From positions 1,364,001-1,428,000 of the forward strand of contig MU004197.1 in the NCBI GenBank assembly GCA_010093605.1: 64,000 nucleotides of DNA. The letters run 5' to 3'. The DNA is from Lophium mytilinum. Its lineage: Eukaryota. Positions 1-11,090 of the stretch are shown here, in pieces (position 1 is the stretch's first letter; each line of letters begins with the position of its first letter). The position numbers were made by a program, and so were the translations under genes. The notes beneath the pieces are model-generated. The model ran no database searches and was not told where the DNA came from. It saw only the letters and a list, made by a program, of their open reading frames with translations.

Positions 1-587
1 CTCAGCCAGCTAGCGACGGGTTTGGCCGTTGGACTATTTAGATCATCATACTCCATAATGGTACTCTCAACTCTACACTTTACATCGCATCTGCATTTTT
101 GAAAGACTATGGGTGCATCCTAAGAGGTGGTGAACAAATAAATGAACACCCTCGTTGTGAAGCAGTACACGAGGCGGTACTTCTTATGTTACCCGTAGGG
201 CTCTTCACATCATCTACGGTCATCTCAAAAGCTCGACAGCGACGACGAGGCTTCACAAAATTGCAACGATTATCTATGATCATGACGCCAGTCAATGTGC
301 TATACTGCTGTGACGGGAATCGGGCACACCAGGTACACTTCCAATCTGTGTAGGCCGTGTTGACACTGTCTGGAGTAGCCTCGCGAGTCTACTAGTAGTT
401 CAAAATATCGTGCCTTTCCCTCATTCGGCACGCTGAAAGTACCACAAGGCTCCTCAAACCGTGGTAAATGAGTGTACGGATTTCTATAAAAAGTTATTGC
501 ACTAACACCTGGTCTATCTAATCCGATTCAAACAACACCGACTCCCGGGCCCCTCCTGCAAACCCATTATTACGGGTCAACCTTTAT

Positions 588-1060
588 TAGAGGCACTTTG
601 GGAATGAGACTGCCTCTTGACTAGCTGGCTACCTGACAACTGGGCTACTCCTGACAGTGATGCCTGGCTTCCAAAGTCGCTCTCAAGCCTTGCTGGTATC
701 CATGTGGGTAGGTGCGTAGCTACTCTAATGCGCCATTGAGGTCTACGCAGTAGCTTTTAGACTTCCCTTTGGCTGGCTAGCTTGCCGATAACGGTGCCAC
801 TCCTCACAGCGGCATCTAGCTTCCAAAGCAGTCTTCGAGCAGCCAGCCTAAATTGGAGAACGGCATCGCACATAACCTAGAGACTCTTCTCGGCGATTCC
901 CCCCGGACGATGATTAGGAACCGGAAGTGCCCGTGGACTGGTACAGCTATGCGGTCTTCGATTGCCAACACGATGCAGAGGTCTACGCAGTGAAAAATAG
1001 ACCCTCCTTTGACTACTTCAGCTCATGCTGAACGAGCTCCTCCTCACGGTAGCCTCGAGC
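588..1060. repeat. Diverged direct repeat family, 3 partial copies
   Basis: GAGGTCTACGCAGT is exact at 738 and 978. The blocks GAC(T/C)nCCnnTTG(A/G)CT and CTCCT(C/G)AC recur near 609, 760 and 1000, and GCTTCCAAAG occurs in the first two copies. Confidence 0.6.
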
Positions 1061-1204
1061 GGCCAAGAGCAGGACATTTGGAGTCCCATTTCCGGGTGCC
1101 CGGCTCAAGAATATTACAGTATTTTGTGCAGTACTCCGACCTTCTATGAATCACTTACGGCAATGTCAAGAGCCCGACTGCGAAGACTGGACTGTACGAA
1201 ATTG

Positions 1205-1970
1205 TAGGTGTTTTTAACAATTTCGAGATCCTTCAACGTGCTACAGATGGTGTAAGAGCACGAGGTCTAAACTGGTGTGTCTAGAACGTTACATTCACAA
1301 AAAATGATCTTGAAAGGTTCTGAGGCAGTCTGCTAGGTCATTTACGAGTGGAAACCTCTTGTCCGCAATATCTTTTAAGGCCAGTCCAAGTACTATCCAT
1401 GCTGTAACAGTACGAGGTCTCATTTACGGTGTGTAGAGCATTACTTTCAATGTGAACCGTCTTGACAGGGTCTAAGGTAGTCTAGTAGGTTGACTACGGT
1501 TGTAAAACTCTTGTTCTCAATGACTCTGAGGTTAGCCAGCATGCTACACATGCTGTAAGAGTACTGGATTTGATATAGGGTGTCTAGAGTGTTACATTCA
1601 GCGACTTCGATCTCAAAAGGGCCTGAGGTAGTCTGCAGGGCCTACTAAGGGTGAAACGATCTTCTTCCCAATAGCTTTGAGGGTATTCAACTTGCCATAC
1701 GTGCCGTGGGAACACCGAGTCTAGTTTGGGGCGTGTAGAACCTTACACTCATCAAAACTAATCTTCAAAGGGACTGAGGTAGTCTGCCAGGCCTACTACG
1801 TGTGCAAATCTCTTATTCTCAATATTTCTGAGGCCAGTCCACCTGCTATAAATGCCGTATGACCATCAGCTCTAATCTAGGGTGTGTAGAGCGGTACATT
1901 CACTGAGAATGGTCTTAAAAGGGTCTGAAGGAGTTTGCTGGGTCTATCACGTGTTCAAATCTCTTACATG
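1205..1970. repeat. Tandem array of about 151-bp units, 5 copies
   Basis: The anchor TGAGGTAGTCTG (with variants) occurs at 1321, 1473, 1624, 1775 and 1926. A TAGA-n4-TACATTCA-like motif shows the same spacing. Confidence 0.85.
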
Positions 1971-2378
1971 AGCTGCTGAACTTGAAGCTTCCAGCAACGT
2001 AGTGGATAGGGCTAGAATTAGCAACCGTGAGCTTCAAATAGCAGCGTCTGAGGTGCTCAAATATACTGTCAAAACTTCAAGTGCGATGTCAAAACCTCAA
2101 CTGTTTAGACTGAACTTGAGGAAAATGCAGCCATTCTCGACATTCCTGAAGCTATCCAACGTGCTATTAGGGCTGCCGTTCGCTCACCTCGTTGATCCGG
2201 TGATTGAAGTGATTAACGTTAACGTTAATTACTTTAACCGGACGGTCTACTAAAATAAGGTTCACTTACTTAATCTAGAGAGGCCCATTAATTAAACTAT
2301 TAAAGTGCTGTTAAAGCTATTATAAAATTATAGATTTTAGCTACTAGAAGTTAGTAATTCTAGGTTTTTATTATAGCT

Positions 2379-2380
<2 letters not shown>

Positions 2381-2410
<30 letters not shown>
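2381..2410. repeat. (CTA)10 microsatellite
   Basis: Directly visible. Confidence 0.9.
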
Positions 2411-2949
2411 AATATTAAGAATAACCCTATATTAACGCGCCTTACCTTTATAGTACCTAAGGGATTAGTATAGATAAAGAAGTTAAGTAGATTAGGTAAG
2501 TTAAAATCTTAGCTATATCTATATAATATTGCTAAGAATATCTATATTAATTAATTAATTACTTTAACTATTAATATTAATTAATTACTTAATAAAGAGC
2601 TTTACTAACTAAGGCTTTTAATTACTTAACGGGGAGGGGCCGTTAATAGTAAGTAATTAAACGGTAGCCCTATATATTATATATACTATAAGAGCTTATA
2701 GTCTAATATAGAGTATATAGAGCTTTATATATACTAAATATTAGTTTAAAATAGTCTAGAGCAGTCTACTAGATTTACTATAAATATAAATATTCTATAT
2801 AGCTCTTCTAATTTAGAAATATATTTATTAAAGCTAAAATATTTAAAAAATACTTTTATATGCTAGTGTTTAAGGTTCCCTACTATATTATTAGAATTAT
2901 AAACACAATATTAAAAGCCTAGAAGCGTAAACTAGTTAGTATAAGTATC

Positions 2950-4275
2950 TAGCTATTCTTAGTAAGTTTAAAGCTATTTAACGCGCCGTATTTCCCGTAA
3001 AACTACTAGCTCTAATTAGGAGTGCGTTTATTATTATATTTACTATTATTATTCTTAAAATAGTATAGGGTAGTATACTATATTTACTATATACGCAGAA
3101 CTTATATACTACCTATCTAGTCTTAAATGTAAAGCTTTTTATTCTATTTACACTAATTTCCTAATAATAGTAAAGCTATTTAACGCGCTATATATACTAT
3201 AAGCCTATAGGTTCTAATCTAGGGCTTATAGATATATATCTTTACTATAAATATTTTTAGAGCAGTATAGAGTAGTACGCTATATTTACTATTTATATAG
3301 AACTTATATTTAAGCTTTCTACTTTAGAGTTTAAAGCTTTTTAGCCTATTTATACCTATTTCTAATAATTTTAAAGCCCTTTAATGCTAGAAATAGTATA
3401 GAAGTATAGGTTCTAATTTAAGATATATAGATACTTATATTTACTATAACTATTTTTAGAATAGGGTAGAGTAGTCTACTATACTTACTATTTATATAAA
3501 GCTTCTATATAAGCTATTAAATCTAGAATATAAAGCTTTTTAATCTATATATACCTGCCGTTAATACTTCTAAAGCTATTTAACTTAGTATATATAGTTT
3601 AGAAGTATAGTATTTAATCTAGGGCGCGTATATATTTATATTAAATATAATTATTCTAAGAATAGGGTAAGGTAGTCTACTATACTTACTATATCTATAA
3701 AACTCCCTTTTAAGCCCTATACTTTAGAATATAAAGCTATTTAATTTTTACTACGCTACTTTTAATAATTTTAAAGTTATATAATATACTATTAGTATTT
3801 AGAAAAACTAGAGTCTAATATCTAGCCTAGAGATTATTACGTTTACTAAATTTAATTTTAGAATAGCGCGGGGAGGTATACTATATTTACTACGTCCGTA
3901 AAACTCTTATAAGAGCCCTCTACTTTAAAAGGCAAGGTAATTTAATAAGTTCCCGGCTACTTCTAGTAATTCTAAAGCCCGTTAATACGCTATTTATACT
4001 TAAGAAATAGAGTATCTAATTTAGGCTATATAGATCTTTATATCTATTAGATTTATTTTTAAAATAATATAGAGCGGCACGCTATATTTACCGCGTATAT
4101 AAAACGCGACTATAAATTATCTAATATAGGCTATAAAGCTAGTTAGTATAGTATTATAATAGTAGAGAACTAGAGGCTAATATAGAATATAAACGCCTTT
4201 ATATTATATTCTCTCTTTTTAAGAATAGTATAGAGAGGTATACTATACTTACTATATATATAGAACTTTATTATA
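2950..4275. repeat. RIP-mutated tandem array of about 201-bp units (last spacing 161 bp)
   Basis: The anchor GTAGT-n3-CTATA(T/C)TTAC (with variants) occurs at 3070, 3272, 3471, 3672, 3873, 4074 and 4235. Confidence 0.8.
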
Positions 4276-4279
4276 ATAT

Positions 4280-6232
4280 AAAATCTTAAGACTTTAACAT
4301 CCTATGCTCTAGATTTATTCTAAGAAGAGCTACCTCTAACGCCGCTGTACGGCTATTAAAGCCTCTATTTCTATTCTTTATAATATAAGGTCTTAGGAAT
4401 TTAATATTATACGCACGGTATTATACCCTTATAAGCTACCTTAAATAGTACTAGATAGCTATTAAAGTCTACTAATTATACTATATCTAATATAAGGCCT
4501 TTATACTTTAATATTATATATACCCCTTTTAACTTTCTTATAAGCTACTCTAAATGCTATTAAAAATCTCTAAAAATAATATAATTCTACCTTATTTAAT
4601 ATAAAGTCTTAAAACCTTAATATTCTATTTAAATTACACTTATAGTTATAGGCTACCTTAAACGCTATTAAATACCCCTTAAAACCCTATAGATCTATCT
4701 AATTTAATATAAAGCCCTAAAACCTTTATATTCTATTATATTATACTTATAGTTATAGGGTACTCTAAACGCTATTAAATACCCCCTAAAATGCTGTAAT
4801 TCTACTCTATTTAATATAAAGCCTTAAAACCTTTATATCCTCTTTAATTATACTTATAGTTACGGGCTACCTTAAATGCCGCCATACACCTATTAAGATC
4901 CCCGGATACTATCCCTTATAATATAAGCTTGTTGGAATTTTATATTATATGCACGGTATTTACGCCCTTATAAGCTACCTTAGATAGTACTAAACTACTA
5001 TTAAAATACTATAATTCTACCTTATTTAATATAAAGCCTTAAAACCTTTATATTCTATTTAACTTATATTTATAGTTACGGGTTACCTTAAACGCCGTTA
5101 TATACCTATTAAAAGCCCCTAATTCTATCTCTTATAATCTAAGGTTTTAGGAATATAATATTATATACACGGTATTTACGCCCTTATAAGCCACCTTAAA
5201 CGGTACTAAATAGCTATTAAACTACTATAGTCTTGCCTCTTCTAATATAAAGCCTTAAAACCTTAACATTAGAAGCCTAATATCTATACCCCTTAAGCTA
5301 CCTTAAACGACCTTAAAGACCCCTTAAAACGATGCAGGCTTATAGAGAACTAGGGGAGCTAAAGTAGGGTGCATTTACTTTAACATTACGCACCCAGCAT
5401 CCCATCTATCATGAGCCACCTTAAACGCTGCTAACTACCTATTAAGAACCCTTTTTACACAAGACTTCTACCTCGAGGAGCCACCTTAAACGCCAACAAC
5501 TAGCTATTAAAAGCTCGAAATCAAGCAGCTTCCAATATAAATCCATGAGACTCTAACATCGCGTGCAACACATTTACGCCTCGAGGAGCCACCTCAAACA
5601 CCACCAACCAGCTATTAAAGCCCTAAATCAGGCAGCTTCCAATATGAATCCATGCAACTTTGACATCGTATGCACCCCTTTTTAACCTCGATGTGCCACC
5701 TCAGACGCCGCTATTCATAGGGTAAAAGCCCCCAATCCGGCCCCTTCCAATATACGCTCTTCAGGCTTTGACATCGTGAGCACCAGATTCACACCTCGAT
5801 GAGCCACCTCGAATGCCGCTATTCACATGTCAAGAGTCCCCAACCAGCCCCCTTCTAACCTCAATGAGCCACCTCAAACACCGCTGTCACATGTCACAAG
5901 CCCCCAATCAGCCCACTTCCAATGTATACTCTTCAGACTTTGACATCGTGAGCACCAGATTTGCACCTCGATAAGCCGCCTCAGACAGTGCCAACTAGCT
6001 GTCAAAAGCTCGTATGCACCACATTTTGACCTCGATAGACCACCTCAAACACCGCTATTCACATGTCAAAAGCGCCCAAACAGCCCCATTCCAATATATG
6101 CTTTTCAGACTTTGACAACGTGTGCACTAGATTCACACCTCGATGAGCCACCTCAAACACCGCCAACTCGCTGTCAAAAGCCCCGAATCAGGGTGCTTGC
6201 AATATGAAGCCTTGAGACTTTGACATCGCGTT
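4280..6232. repeat. Tandem array of about 108-bp units, roughly 18 copies including partial ones; left half RIP-mutated
   Basis: AATATAA anchors (one variant) near 4382, 4489, 4598, 4706, 4814, 4920, 5028, 5136 and 5244. In unmutated copies TTCCAATAT lies at 5530, 5637 and 5745, and CTTTGACATCG at 5658, 5766, 5938 and 6217. Confidence 0.85.
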
Positions 6233-6234
6233 TA

Positions 6235-6900
6235 TCCTTTCTTGGAATGGTGTGGGGAGTATTCTACGTTTATCATGTACACAAACCTCTATTACAGAAC
6301 GTCTAATATAGGACGTGAAGCTATTCGGACTATATCTGGGCATGTGAAGACCTGGATGCTAATATAGGGCGTGTTTCCCTTTACATTCACTTGTAACATT
6401 TACAAAATGGCTTGGGGGGGTATGCTATGCCTACCACGTGCGCAGAACTTTACACTATACCGTTCAACATAGGCTGTGAAGCGCTTCCGACGGCATCTAG
6501 GCATGTAGACCACCGGAGACTGATATAGGATGTACTCACCTTTACATTCACTAATAAAACTCTTAGAATGGCGTGGGGGGCCATGCTACATCTATCACGT
6601 GTGCACATCACCAACACAACCCCTCTGATTTAGGACGTGAAGCAATCCCTAATACTATCAAGCATGTAGATAGCGAAGGGCTGATATAGGCTATGTTCAC
6701 CTTTACATTCACTAATAATATTTTCAGAATGGTATGGGCGGTTTATTGTATCTACCACGTGTGCAGCACTCCATCCCAACCCCTCCATTTTAAGACGTGA
6801 AGCTATTTGATCTACTATCAAGCATGTAAATAACGAAGGGCTAAGATAGGGTGTATTCACCTTGACATCACGGTCATCCGTTTTCAGCACAGCATGAGGC
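6235..6900. repeat. Tandem array of about 161-bp units, 4-5 copies, related to the 151 and 201 bp arrays
   Basis: The (G/A)AATGG anchor occurs at 6245, 6405, 6566 and 6727. TTACATTCACT, GTGAAGC, GCATGT and CACGTG recur. Confidence 0.85.
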
Positions 6901-7336
6901 GCAACAGATCCATAACCACGATGTCGAAGTCACACATGAAGAGATTCAGTTTGATCAGTGCATGATTCCATTAACTGCATATCTGATCCCCAGTAGTGCC
7001 CATTCCTACGACGTACAGTGGAATCCCTCCCCTCATTATCATCCACCTAGTCAAGAGCAAACTACAAAACCTCCAGAAAACAGTGCCCAATTGACCAATC
7101 CTGCCAGACCACAGTGCAACTTGAAGTCCCCCCAACAACACAGACAGTTAGTGTTCCGGTCCAGGAGGTTGTCGAAGACGGGAGCCAACCGCCAAAGTCG
7201 AGTGCCACGCCATCCGGATCCAGGAGCATTGGTCACGCAGTCACAAGAATCAAAGCAGAATCATAGTCAAAGCAAGGTCCTCCCAACTCAAAGCCCAAGA
7301 CAAGAGCAAGACAGAAGGGAAGATGATACCGTACCT

Positions 7337-9128
7337 TTAGAAGTCGACAGGATCCTCGTTGACCATCAGACTTGCACCAGAAAGATTGAACCGGCGTTCA
7401 ATTCGCCGGTGGAGCGTCCCAAGGTAGTACCTGCCAAGAGCGGACGCATGAATATAGACGTAGCGCTCTTCCCAAGGGTTGGCTGCCCACAATATTGCAA
7501 GTCGCTCCAGCTGGAAGGCGAACCGGAACGGCAAGTCTTCCAGATCATTCTCGGCCGAATAGCCCGTCAAGTCGACAGTCTTGACACACATAGGTATGTC
7601 CTCAGCGAGCAGGAACATTGGCTGAGTCACGGGTCCCCACGCGATGGCCATCGGCGGAAGATGCAGTGTGCCCAATTGTGGAAAGGTGTTGAGATCGCCA
7701 AGATCCTGGAGTGAGTTGGGAGTCGGGGAGTAGAAGTCCAGACCGAGCAGGCGTAGAGACTTCTTGTGATGGCTCCCGATGCGACACAGACGGTGGACAT
7801 TAATATCTTCCGCCGTATAGGGAACATGGATATCGAGTTCCTCTAGGTGTTTGCATCCCTGAACCAAGGCCTCATAGTTGTCCATGCCGGCATAGAAGCC
7901 CTTTAAGCTGAGGGTGATGATTCCGGAGGACGACTGCGGAACATGACAGGCTGTGTTGTCATATTCTTTCAGACAGAACAAGCCGAAGCCGGCAAAGTGG
8001 CGAATCGACGGAAGCGCAAAGATGGCAGTGAGGTTGGCGATAGGTATTCCGTCCATACAGATGCTGACGTTCTTCAGAGCCCGGAAAGAGTGTTGAACCG
8101 TCAGATTAGACCGAGTGAACACAGCTCGGCCTAGGGATATATCCTTCAAGATGATAGCGTGAGGGGACTGGACCTGGTCATGTTCCAAAGTCCTCAGGTC
8201 GTTGCGACGAATCATTGGGTCCATGAACGCAGAGCCGTTCAGAAGGAGTGTCTGCAGATTTGGGGTGAGCATCAAGATGATGCCCAGCTGCGCCGATGGG
8301 TTGGCAGTCTGAAGGAGATTCGTGAGGTTGATGTTCGTGCCTTGAAGTTGAACAGAGTTGAGGAGCGCTGCGGAGCTCAGGCCTAGGTGGTCAATGAAAT
8401 GACCCAAGGCGTGAGACGGTATCAGCGGAATTTCGTTGGTCATGAACTCCAGACGCCGCACATAGTGACCGATGCTCGGATCCTTGAGCAGCTTGGCCAG
8501 GAAAGATTTGCAAGCTATGTCATGGTTCAGAGCAACGTCGCTGTACACGAAGCGCTCAAGAAGGTCGTAGTAGCGCGTCGACGTAACGTGAAGGTTGTAA
8601 AGCGCGCTTGAGCACGATGGATCACGTGGATTGGCCGGCAAGGAAGCAGTTCCGGCATTGCCATCATCAAGCGAGTGCGGAGTAGCAAGACGACCGACAA
8701 TGTTGAAGAGTATCTCTTGTGGGATAGTGTCCAACGAGGGTGGAACACGGTCCGGGTCCTGCCAAAGCAGCAGGAAGGCTGCCATCTTAGCCTTGGCGAT
8801 GGCCTCAGCCTCCTTGGCCTTGGCCTTAGCCTCAGCGTCGGTGTTGACATCGGCGGTGGTCTGGGTAGCGACCTGGGCAGCGAGATGGGTAACGATCTTG
8901 GCGATAACCTGCTCAACACCTTCGGCTACGTCATGTTCAGATTAGCTTGCTCATAGACTTGTGGTTACATGCGATCAGATTCTGGCCGTGGATACGATCA
9001 CCTTCATCAGCAGGAGTTTGATCTGCAGTCGAGCCGGTAGACACAGCGGACGTGTCGGACGCGTCGGACGAGTCGCAACCTTCGGCAATGAAACGCTCGA
9101 TGGCGAAGGTGAGGTGGCCGGCAGACAT
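7337..9128 (-). CDS. F-box domain protein with probable LRR-like C-terminal region (2 exons)
   Basis: The 482-aa ORF contains the F-box-like LDTIPQEILFNIVGRL and LxxLxL-type segments (TPNLQTLLL, CKHLEELDI). A 43-nt intron at 8926-8968 (GTAACC..GCTAAT..GTAG) joins it in frame to an upstream exon starting MSAGHLTF. Confidence 0.7.
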
Positions 9129-9659
9129 GATGAATGGCTGCAGGTTCTGTGAATGACTGGATGTCGTTGAGAGGGACTGATGAAGCGTGACGCGCGAAGT
9201 GTGAAACGAAGGAAGCTCACGTCGAGAGTGGTGGAAGGAAGGAGGAGAGCAGACAGGCGACGAGAATTTAAACGAAAATGTGGGCGCCAAGGCGCGCTAA
9301 GCACGCGCACAGGAGTCTTCGACGCGTCTGCCTGGCTTCCGAGGGGTCGGCCCGGCCACAGTGAGCCCGGCCCGGCAGGCAAGGCAGCCTCACGTGCGTG
9401 GAGCAGCTTGAGCAAGGCCTGATACGCTATCAGAGGCCTCCTAGACACAGGAAGCCGTGGCGCATAGTGTGTTGAGAGCATGATGAAGACCTGACGGGCA
9501 GGGCTCATGGCCTCCTCTCTGCCGATGTACAGCCCCCGACGACTGAAGGTAGAAGGCTGTTTCGCCATCGGCGGATACTGACAGAGATCGCATAGGTAGC
9601 CATTCGAAATATCGTCTCCTCGTTCAGCACCGAGAGTTGACGTGTGCGAATAGACAGAC

Positions 9660-11090
9660 GGTGATCAACCTGGAGGAAGACTTCGCTACGCTGCCAGGCG
9701 GCAGCTATGCAGCCAGACCGCCTGGCCACCATAAGCCTTTGGCGTTGGAGTGGAATAGGAAACACAGTGGAGTGTAGGAACGATGGAGGAGGAGGGCCGG
9801 GTTCCACGTCCTTGATGATCAACTTGGAGGAAGACGCCGCTACGCTGCCAGGCGGCCGCTATGCAGTCAAACCGCCTGGCCACCATAGGCTTTTGGTGTT
9901 GGAATAGAATAGGAACACAGTCGAGTGTAGGAGCAATGGAGAGGACCACCAGGCGGCGAGCGTTTCAATGCAACAGGCCCAGCACATACGGGGCAGGCAC
10001 CTAGCTAGCCTGCCCCGTATGAAGAACAGAGTTGAAGAGACGAGGAGAGCAGAGTAGGAGGAATAGTTGGATGTAGGAGGGAGGGAGGACTGCCCAGCGA
10101 TGGAAGCTTGTCGATGACAAAACTAGTATATACGGGGCAGACAACTGACTGATCTACCCCGTATGAAGAATAGAAGCTTAAGGGTCGAGAGTGGACGGAG
10201 CGCAATGGGGGAGGGAAAGTGGAATGTAGGAGGGAGAGAGGAGGAGGGCCGGGTGAGGGCTTATAAGGACGGCGGGATTAGCGTATACGGGGCAGGCACC
10301 TAGCCAACCTCCTCGTCAACGGCCAGTGCACACCCTAGTACACACCGCCCTCCGACCACCGGAGCCCTAGCCAGCACTCGGACCGGTCGATTCAATGCCA
10401 TTGGAGCAGATGGGCGGGTGCTGGGACGTCCCCGACACCCGCCACGATTGTTTGGGACCCATGGACCCTGCCTCGTAAGAAGAATGGAGTAGAAGAGAGG
10501 AGATTGAACGGAGTGCAGGAGGAAGAGTGGAATGTAGGAGGGAGGGAGGAGGGGGGCCGGTCGAGGGCTTACGAAGACAGCAGGATCAGCGTATACGGGG
10601 CGGGCACCTAGCTAGCCTACCCCGCATGAAGAATAGAGCAGAAGAAAGGAGCTCAAAAAGAGTGAAGGGGAAAAGTTGGTGTGTAAGAGGGAGAGGAGAG
10701 GAGAGCCGGGCGAGAGACTTATGAAGACATCATGATCAACGTGTACGAGCCAGGCACCTAGCAACCCCCTAAAAAGAATAAAGCTGAAGAAATAAGAGTG
10801 AACGGAGTGCAGGAAGAAAAGTGGAGTGCAGGAGGGAAAGAGGAAGATGGCCGGGCGAAAGACTTATAAAGACGCCAGGATCAGCATCTACGGGGCAGGC
10901 AAGTACTCAACGTGCCTCTCATAAAGGGAAGAAGCCGAAGAATCGGGGGTAAGCGGAGCGTAGCGTAGGAGGAAAAGCGGGATTTACGAGAAAGAGAGAA
11001 GGGCTGAGCCACTAGATCTCATCAGCGACAAGATCAGCACATACAGGACAGACACCTAATAGCCTATCTCGCATGAAGAAGAGCAGGTTA
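9660..11090. repeat. Tandem array of about 150-bp purine-rich units carrying GC-rich hairpins
   Basis: A 154-bp duplicate lies at 9662 and 9816. TACGGGGCAGGCACCTAG-like motifs lie near 9987, 10131, 10286, 10594, 10744, 10889 and 11042. The units share a GTGGA(G/A)TGTAGGA..GGAGG..GGCCGG block. Confidence 0.85.

Larger units (their letters stand above)
2230..5500. other. AT-rich block with repeat-induced point mutation (RIP) signature
   Basis: Very TpA-rich, depleted in CpA/TpG, and without ORFs. Units here differ from flanking copies by CA>TA and TG>TA changes (TGAGCCACCTCAAAC versus TAAGCTACCTTAAAT). Confidence 0.85.

Noticed and set aside
2950..6232. Arrays as degenerate protein-repeat genes (201 and 108 are multiples of 3)
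   Set aside because: Related arrays have 151 and 161 bp periods, spacing varies by 1-2 bp, and the unmutated 108-bp copies contain no ORF in the track.
6962..7714. 250-aa plus-strand ORF
   Set aside because: Largely antisense to the F-box gene and has no recognisable domain.
1205..11090. CRISPR-like interpretation of the tandem arrays
   Set aside because: Units diverge along their whole length, with no identical repeat and unique spacer pattern. No cas genes are present and the DNA is eukaryotic.
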